Source: a virus. Taken from it: a stretch of 43,766 bases of DNA. Below are positions 14,804-24,487 of the stretch, one piece after another; positions within the stretch are counted from its first letter, which is position 1, and every line of letters starts with the position of its first letter. The stretch lies in the IMG/VR virus record IMGVR_UViG_3300044898_000015, positions 1 through 43,766 of that record. One strand, 5' to 3'. The notes beneath the pieces were generated by a model. It had not been told where the DNA came from and searched no databases. It saw only the letters and a list, made by a program, of their open reading frames with translations. A program made the translations under genes and the position numbers.

Positions 14804-15943
14804 CTAGCTCTTGTTCGAGACGTAGGCGTGCACCGACGGCTGGCGGAACTCGAGGCCCCACTCGCCGAGGATCCGGCGCTTCTTCGCGTCGACCCAGTCC
14901 TGCCCGGCGATCGTGATCAGCGCACGCCCGTTCAACGGGCGAGGCTTGATCCGGTCGCTGGTGAGCAGGAAAGCGTCACCGCTGTTGATGCGGTTGTCGA
15001 TGACAACCTTCACGTCGTTCCCCTGGCCGAGGGTGATGACGTTGACGAAGTAGCCGACCTTGTTGTCGGACTCGAGGAGGCGACGGTTCGTTGAATCGAA
15101 GCCGTTGATCGAGCCGACGAGGTCGGTACCGCAGACCAGCAGATCCGGGTACACGCCCTGGTCCACGATCAGTTTGTTGACCGTGTTCAGGTGCGCGATC
15201 GTCAGAGCTGCCGCTGTCGACTCCGTCTGCCCGGACGCTGTGCGGATCCAGTAGCGGAAGCCGCCGAACGAACGGAGCTGCGTGTCGGAGCCGGGGCCGA
15301 TCAGCGTCGAGTACAGGAGTTTCCGAGTGAAGTCTCGCTTCCACTCGAGGAGCCTGTTCTGGAGCTGATGGGCGACCTGGTCCTGCATCGCCGAGGTCGA
15401 CATCTGGCGCGCGAGCTGCGAGCCAGAAATCTGCAGGTCACGGCCAGGACAGATACCGGTGTAGTTCGACCTGACCGTCGGGTTCCCCGACGCGTCCGAA
15501 CCGATGTCGGATCCTTCCTGCTCGTACCGCATGAGGGCCACCGTCCCGGCGGACGCGATCGACGCCGCCGTGCTGTTGAAGCCACGCGAAACCGTCGCGT
15601 TCGTCGAACTGTTGACCGTCGTTACCTGCATGATCTCCTGGTTCGTTCCGCCACCCGTCGCGACGAAGTAGTCGCCGACGTGGGGGGCAGACGAAGCCGT
15701 GAACGTCACCGACGTGTCGGCTGTGCCGAGCGAGATGGTGAGCGTCAGGATGTCCGAGTTGAGGGTGTCCTCAACCCAGTAGTGAATGATGTCATTCACC
15801 GGGTTGTCCGTCGACGTGCCGATGGCGCCGAGCAGGTGGAAGTCGTAGATCAGCGCTTCCGAGAGGAAGGGGCTGATGTCGAGGACGTTGACCTGTGCGG
15901 ACTGGTCGAAGGACGCGAATGGTGATGCTGACGGGAGAGCCAT
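14804..15943 (-). CDS. Major capsid protein (SU10/DUF5309-like pattern)
   Basis: The N-terminal pattern VLDISPFLSEAL...HYWVEDTLNS resembles the ISP..TPF...W.eD.L signature. A strong RBS GAGAGGAGG precedes an A-rich spacer, and the gene follows a scaffold-like gene. Confidence 0.6.
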   Translation of the reverse strand: MALPSASPFASFDQSAQVNVLDISPFLSEALIYDFHLLGAIGTSTDNPVNDIIHYWVEDTLNSDILTLTISLGTADTSVTFTASSAPHVGDYFVATGGGTNQEIMQVTTVNSSTNATVSRGFNSTAASIASAGTVALMRYEQEGSDIGSDASGNPTVRSNYTGICPGRDLQISGSQLARQMSTSAMQDQVAHQLQNRLLEWKRDFTRKLLYSTLIGPGSDTQLRSFGGFRYWIRTASGQTESTAAALTIAHLNTVNKLIVDQGVYPDLLVCGTDLVGSINGFDSTNRRLLESDNKVGYFVNVITLGQGNDVKVVIDNRINSGDAFLLTSDRIKPRPLNGRALITIAGQDWVDAKKRRILGEWGLEFRQPSVHAYVSNKS

Positions 15944-16181
15944 GTTTTTACCTCCTCTCTCATGTGTTGGCCCTTTTTGGCTCTCGCCCGCTGTCCCCGC
16001 ATACGCCTCTGGTTCCGGGGTCCCGTTCTTGCGCGATCCGCGACCGGACAGCCGCTAAGCCGTCGGGTGTGTGCGTGCCACAAGTGGTGGGTCCCGTCCC
16101 TGTTGGGGCGGTGTGAGGGGCGAAGAGGCCCGGCTGCGGTCTCGAACCGCCTGAAGGGGCCTGTCCCGCCGGGTTACCTTG

Positions 16182-16403
16182 CTATTCGATGCCGGGAGTG
16201 AGCCCCGGTAGCCAACCTCCGAAGCCGTCCTGGAACCGCTGGTCACGGTTCGGGCCGCCTTCGCGGACATCGTCGCCGTCTTCGCTGGTCGCCATCGAGA
16301 GAGGCGTGTGATTGTCGCCGCCCGTCTGGACGCCGTCGAGGACGTTGTCGGGGTAGTTGCTGACGACGCCGACTTTCTGGTTGTCGTTTCCTGGCTGTGC
16401 CAT
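16182..16403 (-). CDS. Hypothetical acidic Gly/Asp-rich protein, 73 aa
   Basis: GGAGGGGG RBS upstream. It lies between the scaffold and capsid genes. Confidence 0.5.
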   Translation of the reverse strand: MAQPGNDNQKVGVVSNYPDNVLDGVQTGGDNHTPLSMATSEDGDDVREGGPNRDQRFQDGFGGWLPGLTPGIE

Positions 16404-16416
16404 GTTTCACCCCCTC

Positions 16417-17250
16417 CTAGAGGACGGGTGTGTCCTGCATCAGGACCTTGATCTGTTCTTCGAGCTTCCCTGTCGCCCGCGCCTTGGCTAGAGCGTCTGC
16501 TTGTGCGGCAGCCATCGGCGGCAACGTGTCCGCGGCCGGCCGACCCCACGCGTTCGCGACTTCTTCGCGCGCGGTGGCTACCGCGCCGGACGCGATCGCG
16601 ACACGTTCGGCTTCGAGCTTCGCGAGCGTAGGACCGAGCACCGTCGCGTACTTCGTGTTGGTCGCATCCGCTGCCCGCATGAACGACCTGCGTGACGTCG
16701 CAGCGATCGCCTCGATCTCGCCCGGTAGCAAGCGTGCAAGGTCGGGGTAGGCGCGCTTGGCCTCTTCGACCCAGCCCTTCTTGCTTTTCGCGACGAGCTG
16801 ACCCTCGAGGAACTGTGTGCGCTTCTCCAAGGCCCGCACCTTCGCGGTCGTTTCGGGGTCGGCGTATTCGTACTCTTCCGACTCGATCTCGTCTGCGACT
16901 TCTGCCCGTGCTTCTTCGTCGAAGTCGGGTTCGTCGAGTAGCGCCCGGAGGTCGTCGTCGATCTTCGGCTTGAACGTCGGGACGTTCTCCGGTGCCGCGA
17001 CGGGCTCGGGTGCTGGCGCTGGTGTCTCCACCGTTGCGGGTACCGGCGAGGGTGCGGCAGGCTGTGGCTCCACGGCCGGTGGTGCGGGCGGAGCGTGGGC
17101 CGGTGCCGGTGCTTCCGGCGGGTCGGCCACGACGACCTCGCCTTCTGCAATCGCCGAGGCGAACATCCGCGCTGCTAGCTCCGCAACAGTCGGATCGCTC
17201 GAGTCGATGCGTACTTCTCTGTCTGGCGTGAGTCCTGCTGTTCCGTCCAT
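16417..17250 (-). CDS. Scaffolding-like protein (277 aa)
   Basis: Acidic and Ala/Pro/Glu-rich with helical segments. It lies immediately upstream of the capsid region. Confidence 0.5.
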   Translation of the reverse strand: MDGTAGLTPDREVRIDSSDPTVAELAARMFASAIAEGEVVVADPPEAPAPAHAPPAPPAVEPQPAAPSPVPATVETPAPAPEPVAAPENVPTFKPKIDDDLRALLDEPDFDEEARAEVADEIESEEYEYADPETTAKVRALEKRTQFLEGQLVAKSKKGWVEEAKRAYPDLARLLPGEIEAIAATSRRSFMRAADATNTKYATVLGPTLAKLEAERVAIASGAVATAREEVANAWGRPAADTLPPMAAAQADALAKARATGKLEEQIKVLMQDTPVL

Positions 17251-17297
17251 CCGGACGTTCCTTTCGTCGAGTTACCTACACCAGAAACGCCAACTCC

Positions 17298-17501
17298 TCA
17301 CACGGCGGCGTCCGGCGGGGGAGGGGGGGCGAGAACCGCCTGCGCGGACGCGGTCGCGGCGTTGAGGGTGTCGACCTCGGCCTGGTAGTCAGCCTCGGCC
17401 GGTGCTGGCGCGTCAGCGTGAGCCTGGACGGCCGCGACCAAGTCATTCATCGTCTGAGAGGCCGCCGTGACGGCTGCCTGGAGTTCCTCGATGGTTGCCA
17501 T
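17298..17501 (-). CDS. Hypothetical helical protein, 67 aa
   Basis: ATG 17501 has AAAGGAAAGGAA upstream. The longer ORF has an Arg-rich N-terminus. Confidence 0.5.
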   Translation of the reverse strand: MATIEELQAAVTAASQTMNDLVAAVQAHADAPAPAEADYQAEVDTLNAATASAQAVLAPPPPPDAAV

Positions 17502-17520
17502 TCCGTTCCTTTCCTTTCGG

Positions 17521-18330
17521 TTATGCCGCCACATCAGACGGCGGGCCAGAAGCAAGACCCGGAGCCGACAGACGGCCGCTTGCAAGAGACAAACCTGGTG
17601 TCGCGAGCGTCCCACGGAACACGCCCGCCATACGCTGCTGCGCCAAATCGAGGCGACGCTTAACCTGCTGACCCACCGGGCTATCAAGCCCCGCGTTCTC
17701 CTCACCCAACGCCTTCACCTCAGCATCAGTAGGCGCCGCATCGAACGCGCCAAGCTGATACCGCCAATCACTCCCGTACGTCCCCGCCAACGCAGCACCC
17801 TGCAACCGGCCGCCGATCGTCGACAACGGGACACCCTCACCCAGATTCGCAGCGAACTCACCAGCCGTCACATCCCGGCCGAGATACTGCTTATACAACT
17901 GCGACTGGTCGTTCAGTTTGGCACGGTAGTCAGCCTCGTTCGACACGACGCCGTTCTGGATGCCTTCCGCGATCCCCGGATACGTCTGCGCGTACCACGG
18001 CGTCCCACGGATGTAGCCGAGCGCCGCAGCCGACGCAGCATTCGTGTCGCTGTACTGGCTGAAAATCTGGTTGACCTTCTCGACGACATCGGGCGGCAGC
18101 CCCAGGCTGGCGAAAAACGTGGTGGCCCAGTCGAGCTCGGGAAGCTTCACGTCGCCACCGCCGGGCGGGGTCGACGTGTCAGGAGCGGGGCCGAGGTTCC
18201 CGTGGAGGCCCTCCTCCTGCGTCAGAAAGTCCTGGATGGTCGCGGGGTGGTTCGCGAGCCTTAACCCAGCCGCGGCAGATAGAGGGGGCGGCGGAGGAAT
18301 GTAGGGCTTTGGGGGGAGCGCTGCTGCCAT
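17521..18330 (-). CDS. Hypothetical virion-module protein, 269 aa
   Basis: Clean ORF downstream of the SLT gene. Confidence 0.5.
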   Translation of the reverse strand: MAAALPPKPYIPPPPPLSAAAGLRLANHPATIQDFLTQEEGLHGNLGPAPDTSTPPGGGDVKLPELDWATTFFASLGLPPDVVEKVNQIFSQYSDTNAASAAALGYIRGTPWYAQTYPGIAEGIQNGVVSNEADYRAKLNDQSQLYKQYLGRDVTAGEFAANLGEGVPLSTIGGRLQGAALAGTYGSDWRYQLGAFDAAPTDAEVKALGEENAGLDSPVGQQVKRRLDLAQQRMAGVFRGTLATPGLSLASGRLSAPGLASGPPSDVAA

Positions 18331-18344
18331 CTAGCCTCCTGGCC

Positions 18345-19721
18345 TTACGGCCGCGGGTTCACGATCCCGGTAGCGATCGCACCAACATTCGCGGGGCCTG
18401 GCGGTGTCACTGCCGGAGCAGGTATCGGCGGCGCAGCCGGAGCGCCACCAAGCAACGCCTGATCAGCCGTAAGCGTCTGCTGTTTACCCGTGATCAGCCC
18501 GAGCTGCTGCGCAAACGAGAACGCCTTCGTCTTGAACTCCTGGCTGTTTCGGTACTGCGGCTGGGTACGCAGCCACGCCGCGAACTGGTCGGTCGTCCAC
18601 CCGTTCCGTGCGACATGGTCGATCACGGTCTGCGTATCCGGGTCGGTCGACGTCCCGTAGATCGACTGGTAGACGTTGTCCATCTTCGCCTTGGCGTCCT
18701 TGAACTGCGGCCCCTGAAAATATTCGGGGCGCGACTTCAAGTTCTCGAGCAGCGTCGCCTGATCCCAGTTCTGCGAGATCGCCTGGCTGACAAGCGACTT
18801 GTCGACCTTCCAATCCTCACCGTACGCCTGCTTCGCGATAGCGATAATCCCCGGCGCGTGCGCCTTATACGTCGGCGACGTAGTGAAGCTGTTGGTCGTC
18901 GCGAGCGTCGTAGCAAGCGTGTACAGCGACGGCGCGTTCAACAGGATGTTCGCGATCTCTTTCCCCGACGCCTGCCGCCCGGTGTAGGAGAAGAACGTGT
19001 CCTGGTAGTTCTGCTTCCACGTCGCCAAAAACTGTGTCTGCGTCAAAGGCGTCGGCCCGTACTTCAACACGTTGCTCGGCGGCTGCGTCGCGTCCGTGAT
19101 CTTCACGAACTTCACGCGGCCGTCCGCGCCAAGCACAGCCCACCGGTCAAACAAGACGGCCTTACCCTGCTGGTTCGCCGCCGACTGCTGCGCCGCCGCC
19201 GACCCCGCCTCGGTCGGAGTTAGTCCCGACTTCGGCACATACCCGTGCGGCAACCCCGACGACAGCGTGAAGTTCGCGCCGCCCGAGTAGCGCGCGTACT
19301 TCTGGTCGATGTTGCCCGGCAACGAAGCGAAATAGGTGAGGCTGAACCGGATGTTGAACTCCGGGTCAATCAGATCCTTCTGCTTGATCACCTGACCCCA
19401 CGGCGTCGTCTTCCCAACCCACACCTTCGGGTTGATCTGGCCGATCCCGACACCCTCACCCGTAGGCGACGTGATCGTGTTCGGATCCACACCACGCCTG
19501 GCAGCCTCAGCGAACCCCTCATGCCACAGCAACGTCGCCGCCACAACCTTGTCGACGCCGGCCTTATCAGCCCACTTCCAGATGATGTCCGCGTACGGGC
19601 GCATCGTCGGGTGGGCGTTGATGAATGCGTTGAACGCTGCGCCGGTGCTGGTACTGGTCTTGGCTGGGACGGGGGGAGGAGCGCCGAACGATGGGCCGGG
19701 CTTCTGCTTAGTGGTCGCCAA
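18345..19721 (-). CDS. Lytic transglycosylase (SLT-domain) virion-associated protein, 458 aa
   Basis: LLWHEGFAEA...SPTGEGVGIGQINPKVW fits the SLT E...S..GA.G..Q pattern. TTG start with GGAGG upstream. Confidence 0.6.
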   Translation of the reverse strand: MATTKQKPGPSFGAPPPVPAKTSTSTGAAFNAFINAHPTMRPYADIIWKWADKAGVDKVVAATLLWHEGFAEAARRGVDPNTITSPTGEGVGIGQINPKVWVGKTTPWGQVIKQKDLIDPEFNIRFSLTYFASLPGNIDQKYARYSGGANFTLSSGLPHGYVPKSGLTPTEAGSAAAQQSAANQQGKAVLFDRWAVLGADGRVKFVKITDATQPPSNVLKYGPTPLTQTQFLATWKQNYQDTFFSYTGRQASGKEIANILLNAPSLYTLATTLATTNSFTTSPTYKAHAPGIIAIAKQAYGEDWKVDKSLVSQAISQNWDQATLLENLKSRPEYFQGPQFKDAKAKMDNVYQSIYGTSTDPDTQTVIDHVARNGWTTDQFAAWLRTQPQYRNSQEFKTKAFSFAQQLGLITGKQQTLTADQALLGGAPAAPPIPAPAVTPPGPANVGAIATGIVNPRP

Positions 19722-19841
19722 ATCGAGTTCAGCCTCCTATGCTTCCGGCTAGATGGATAAGGCGATCCTCGTCATCGTCGTACTGATTTTCGTTGGCGCG
19801 CTCGGTTACGCGATCGGCTGGGGCCACCGTGGCGGACGCAG

Positions 19842-22800
19842 TTAGCTGCGTACAAGCGATGCGAGAAACGATGCACCGTAAGTAGCGACTTCTTTCGCGA
19901 AACCAGGATGTTCGGCAACCCACGTTTGTAGTTGCGGAACATCGTTGCGTCGCCACTGGTCAGCGGCTTGGGACTTCGACCAGCCTGCACCAACCAACTG
20001 CTTGTACCGAGTCGATGCGGCCGAAAGAAGCTGCGTCCATAGTCCCGAGTTAGGTGACTCCTTCACGGGCTTTAGTTGCTGCAACCTGTCCGCGAGAATT
20101 TGTCGGGACAACTGGAGGTCGCGCTTGAACGCCGGTACGCGCTTCGCGAGTACGTCAGCCCAGAACGGGCGGGCATTTCCAGGGAGATGCTGTCCGACCG
20201 GAAGCTGAGCCTGCGCGTCAGCTACCCACTTGTCGAGAGTCGACCACACTTCAGAGACAACCGGATCAGGTTTCGCACCAAGCAGCGTTTTGTCGAAGTT
20301 CGAGAGTGTTCCCCACGATTTCGTCGATGCTGACCGGAGATGCTGCGCCTGTTCGGTGGGGGTGCTGTTCGCCCACGCCATCCTGACAGGAGACGGGAAC
20401 GTGTGGCCGTTGATGACGGCTGGCTTATCCTGCTGATCAGCCCACGCGCGCAAAGCCGCGTCGGCAGCCGAACGCTCGGACGGGAGCGTGTACGTCGTGA
20501 TCGCAATCGTGTGCGCCCGCTGCTTCGCCTCCGTATAGAACGCGAGCGACTTGCGACCCCACGCGTACAACGTTTCCTGATCCGCCGGCAACTTGATCGC
20601 CGGGGCCAAACCTTGTACGCGAAGATCGAAGAGTTTGCCTTTGAGGATCTCCGGTCGGAACGAGAACACGAACCTAACCTGCTCATCCCACAGCCGTAGA
20701 TCCTTCGCGGCCGCGTACTTGTCGTACAAGCCAGCCCGGAATCGGTCGAGTTCGATCGGGTCGGTGAGCTTCCCGAGCTTCTTCAACAGCAGTGCGGCGT
20801 CGTCACCGTTCAGTTTCGCCTTATCCGCGAACAATGCGATGTCGGCCTGTAGCTGCTCCTTCACTGTCGGTGTACGGCCGAGTTGATGCTTCATCGCGTC
20901 ATAGGCAACCTGGCGGGCACCGGAAAGGTTCACGGCCTCCGTTACCGCGGCAGGAAGCGGCTGCTTGACGAGGTCGGCCTGCAAGCCGAGCGCGCGACGG
21001 ATGAGTCCCATCTCGACCTTGTGCTTCTCCGCGAATGAGAGATCCCTGTACCAGCGCGCCTCAAGCGCCTGCGGATTCACACCGCGCGGCGACAACCCGC
21101 CAGCGATCAAGCCGCCATACCCGCTCAGCCAGCCCGGTGTAAACACCGTCTCCTTAAGCGCGCTATTCAACTGCGTGACGAGCGTGGTCCTGTTGGCGAG
21201 GTTCAGTCCCTTTAGCGGCTGGCTCTGCTTACGGTTCAGATTGCGGAGCTGCGGTAGCTGCGTCCATACCTCTTTCGCAGCACCGAGCCACTGCGAGCCC
21301 GGATACGTGTTTCCGAACTGGTCCTTCCCAGTCGCGCCATGCACAAGGAACGTCGCGCCGGGGCCGAAAAGATCGGACAGGCTCGAATACTTCGACGACG
21401 TAAACCCTGCCTCGAGCGGGTAGAGCAGTTGTGCGAACGTCGAGAACGTGTTGATGCTCGAAGGGTTAACGACGGTCGGGCTGCCGTCCTTGTTGTAGCC
21501 GAGCGGGACGTACCCGATCTGCTTGAACCACTGCGGCACGTTCTTTAGGACAGCGGGGAACTCTTCCTCGGCCTGCTGCCCGATCTGGTCGAGAAGCGCG
21601 GCCTGCGTCGGATGCTCGACAATCGAACGGATCGACCAAACCAAGGCGCGCGACTGCCACGGATACACGAAGATGAGATGGCGGAGGGCTTCGCGTTCGA
21701 GCCAGGTCTGGTTGTCGAACTCGACCATCGCCTTGTTGCCGCGACGGACAGCCTCGTTCCGGGCGGACTTCAGTGCGTCGTCGAAGAGGATGCCGTTGAG
21801 ATCGTTCGGATCCTTGCCAGCATCGACGAGTTGGCGGCGGAGTTCGTGGATGATCGCTGCGCGGCGAAGATGCTGATCGGTGACGGTGTTCCACGCTCGG
21901 GCGAGGACGCGTCCTGGTGTGGTTGCGATCTTGCCGACGCCTTCGCCGAGGTTAGAGACTGCGTAGCTGGCGGACCTTCCGGATGCGCCTCCGAGCGCGT
22001 CGAGCGTCTGGGCGACCTTTTGCCCGTACAGGCTCTCCGCTCTCAATGCGCGCAGGATGTTTGGCGGTAGAAGGATGCCTTGATGAATGAGTCCCATGCC
22101 GACGTTGCCGAGCAGGTTCAGGATGTACGCAGGCCGCAAGAACAGCGCGAAGTCGCGGAACGGCTCGTTCAGCAGTTGGAAGGTGGTCCGGAACGCTGCG
22201 GGGAGCGGCTGCCGGTACCGGTCGAGTAGGCGCGAGTCGACCCATTTGACGTGGCTGATCGATGCGTCGAGTCGCCACCGTCCGTTGATCAACTCGCCAG
22301 GGAAGAGGAACCGTTCGAGTTCTTGAATGTCGGCGGGATGGAGGGACAGCGCTTCTTCGCCGGTTAGTTCGGCGTCGAGTGCTTTGTTGACGATGCCGCG
22401 TAGCTCGTCGGGAAAGTCTTTGATGTCGCGGACAGGCCTGTCGAACCGCAAGTTCTTCGGCGTGTCTGTGCCTGCGCTCCAGAGCCTGCGCCACTCGTTC
22501 ATCTTGGTTGCGGCCTTGACGGTGCGAGCGAACGTTTCCCCGGCGAGGGATGTAGCGTCAATGCGATAGTCCCCCGCGTGAATGCTCGACCCCGTGAGTT
22601 CGTGTTGAAGTTCAGGCGGTGTAGACGGCATCGGAATACCGCCAAGACCGGCCTGGGGGCTGAATGCTTCGAGACGTTCGCTTGTCGCGCGACGCGGTTT
22701 CCCTTTGGGAATTAACGGGAGATAGAACGCGCCGGGGTTCTGTATCCCGCCAATCTCGTCGCCGAGCAACCCCGGACGCGGAATCGCCGCCAACTCCTCC

Positions 22801-24485
22801 TTCGATCCAGCCATTGAGGCACGTTGAACGTACTCACCTAGACCAGAAACCCGCGACGTGGCGGTAATGGCTGAGAGCCCGAGTTCGTCGATCTTGATCC
22901 GCTGCTGCTCCGCGATCACCTGACGCGTCAACTCGAGCGCCTTCACAAACCGAGGACGCGGATCCGCAACAACCCGCTCCGCAAGCTTCAACGCCGCCAA
23001 CTGCGCACGATGCGCCGCCGGATCACCAACCTCCAAATCGATCATGTTCTGATGGAAAGACCGCCACGCCCCAAACGGGTTAGGGTCATCCGTCGCAAGA
23101 ACCTGGATCGCCTTCTGCTCACCAACCGTCAACCCGCGCACCCGTTCCGGCAACTGCTTATTGATCCGCTGGAACGCTGTCGCGGCCGTCTGCGTCCACC
23201 CCGCGACCTGATCGAGGTCGCGCTTCACCGTCATCTGGATCGTCGTTTCAATCCGTCGGCGTGCTTTCGCTTCGCGGCCGAGCTTGTTCTCGCTCGAGAA
23301 GTTCGCCTTGATCGGGTCTAGCGCGAGGTCGATGGCATCCTGGATTCTTCCCGGCCGAACAATCGACAGCAACCCCGCGGGTTCGTCGGTCCGTTCCGCC
23401 ATCCGCACGTTACGGGCGTTCACCAGCTTCCGCTGCGCCCACCTGAGCGACGGATTCTCGGTGAGCAACTGCTCCTCCGCGAAGCCTTGCTTGTCGAGTG
23501 TCGCGGTACCACCGACCGGGCGACGCGCCAACGCCTTCGCCGCCGCGAGACCGCCCTCATCAGCGAGCGCACGACCAGCCGCAGACACTCTTGCGACCGC
23601 GCCAGCACCCAACGACACCAGCCCGAGCGCGTCAAGGAACAAGTTCCCAGGGTTCTCTGCCGGATGCGTCACATCACGGACGACACCCTTTACAACGCCC
23701 TTGCCGATCTTCACGTTCGTCGAAACGATCGGCTTCAACGACCCCTGCTTGAAGGCTTCACCAATCGCGCGACCCTCAGCAATAGCGAGAGTCGGCGGGC
23801 CGAGCACCAAACCTGTAGCGGCCTGCTCACCCGCTAGCGCCAGTTCGCCGACAGCCTTCGACAAGAGCCCTGACGGGTTAGCGGACAGGCCCTGCTCAGC
23901 GAGCGTCACATGTGGTGCCACCCGACGCTGCGCCCTTACATACGCAGCCTGCACAAGCCGCGAATCCGGCCCATTCAACGCCGCGTCAATCATCTTGTGG
24001 TTAGCTGGGTCGAGGAACGCATACAACGAGTCATAGGTGCTGACATGGTTGAGAGCTTTGACGAGCAGTTGGGCTTGTTCGCGGTCAGGGTCAGGGTGCG
24101 GGTTCAGTGACGGTAGAACCGTTGGCCCATCAGTCGTTAGTGCTGTCCGTGCGCGCGCTTGCACCATCGTCCGTGGTGTCGCGGCGAGTAGTGGCCCGAA
24201 TCCCTCGACGGGTACGGGACTGCGGACGAGGTCAAGTGCAAGTCCTGGCGTGGGTCTCGTTCCTGTCGCGGCTGTGTGCGCGTCGGCTACGGCGTCGAGC
24301 CGGTCGTTGAAGTCTGTGATGGATCCGTTGAATCCGACGGCTTGCAACGCGGGGTGGGGTGGCCCGGTGGGGAGGGGGGCGGGTCCTTGCGGTGACCGGC
24401 CAGGCTGCTCTCGTGTCGGTGGTGTGACGGGCGGCGGTGACGGTCGTGGGGCTGGGGCGATCGCTACACCGGGATCGACAGGCAC
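19842..24485 (-). CDS. Giant 1547-aa virion-module protein (internal/ejection-protein candidate)
   Basis: A single uninterrupted ORF between the M23 peptidase and SLT genes and upstream of scaffold/capsid. No motif was recognised. Confidence 0.35.
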   Translation of the reverse strand: MPVDPGVAIAPAPRPSPPPVTPPTREQPGRSPQGPAPLPTGPPHPALQAVGFNGSITDFNDRLDAVADAHTAATGTRPTPGLALDLVRSPVPVEGFGPLLAATPRTMVQARARTALTTDGPTVLPSLNPHPDPDREQAQLLVKALNHVSTYDSLYAFLDPANHKMIDAALNGPDSRLVQAAYVRAQRRVAPHVTLAEQGLSANPSGLLSKAVGELALAGEQAATGLVLGPPTLAIAEGRAIGEAFKQGSLKPIVSTNVKIGKGVVKGVVRDVTHPAENPGNLFLDALGLVSLGAGAVARVSAAGRALADEGGLAAAKALARRPVGGTATLDKQGFAEEQLLTENPSLRWAQRKLVNARNVRMAERTDEPAGLLSIVRPGRIQDAIDLALDPIKANFSSENKLGREAKARRRIETTIQMTVKRDLDQVAGWTQTAATAFQRINKQLPERVRGLTVGEQKAIQVLATDDPNPFGAWRSFHQNMIDLEVGDPAAHRAQLAALKLAERVVADPRPRFVKALELTRQVIAEQQRIKIDELGLSAITATSRVSGLGEYVQRASMAGSKEELAAIPRPGLLGDEIGGIQNPGAFYLPLIPKGKPRRATSERLEAFSPQAGLGGIPMPSTPPELQHELTGSSIHAGDYRIDATSLAGETFARTVKAATKMNEWRRLWSAGTDTPKNLRFDRPVRDIKDFPDELRGIVNKALDAELTGEEALSLHPADIQELERFLFPGELINGRWRLDASISHVKWVDSRLLDRYRQPLPAAFRTTFQLLNEPFRDFALFLRPAYILNLLGNVGMGLIHQGILLPPNILRALRAESLYGQKVAQTLDALGGASGRSASYAVSNLGEGVGKIATTPGRVLARAWNTVTDQHLRRAAIIHELRRQLVDAGKDPNDLNGILFDDALKSARNEAVRRGNKAMVEFDNQTWLEREALRHLIFVYPWQSRALVWSIRSIVEHPTQAALLDQIGQQAEEEFPAVLKNVPQWFKQIGYVPLGYNKDGSPTVVNPSSINTFSTFAQLLYPLEAGFTSSKYSSLSDLFGPGATFLVHGATGKDQFGNTYPGSQWLGAAKEVWTQLPQLRNLNRKQSQPLKGLNLANRTTLVTQLNSALKETVFTPGWLSGYGGLIAGGLSPRGVNPQALEARWYRDLSFAEKHKVEMGLIRRALGLQADLVKQPLPAAVTEAVNLSGARQVAYDAMKHQLGRTPTVKEQLQADIALFADKAKLNGDDAALLLKKLGKLTDPIELDRFRAGLYDKYAAAKDLRLWDEQVRFVFSFRPEILKGKLFDLRVQGLAPAIKLPADQETLYAWGRKSLAFYTEAKQRAHTIAITTYTLPSERSAADAALRAWADQQDKPAVINGHTFPSPVRMAWANSTPTEQAQHLRSASTKSWGTLSNFDKTLLGAKPDPVVSEVWSTLDKWVADAQAQLPVGQHLPGNARPFWADVLAKRVPAFKRDLQLSRQILADRLQQLKPVKESPNSGLWTQLLSAASTRYKQLVGAGWSKSQAADQWRRNDVPQLQTWVAEHPGFAKEVATYGASFLASLVRS

Positions 24486-24487
24486 GT

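Noticed and set aside
16130-16173. tRNA or tRNA-like gene upstream of the capsid gene, suggested by a GGTTCGAGACC-like T-arm
   Set aside because: The outer stem is only about 17 nt from the hairpin, and no D-arm or anticodon arm can be placed. It is too short for a tRNA and was kept only as a possible RNA structure.
19842-24485. Calling the 1547-aa protein a tape measure protein
   Set aside because: It lies between portal and scaffold rather than after tail genes, has no adjacent chaperone pair with a slippery site, and I saw no TM-like or Gly-rich tape-measure hallmarks. It is left as an ejection or internal protein candidate.
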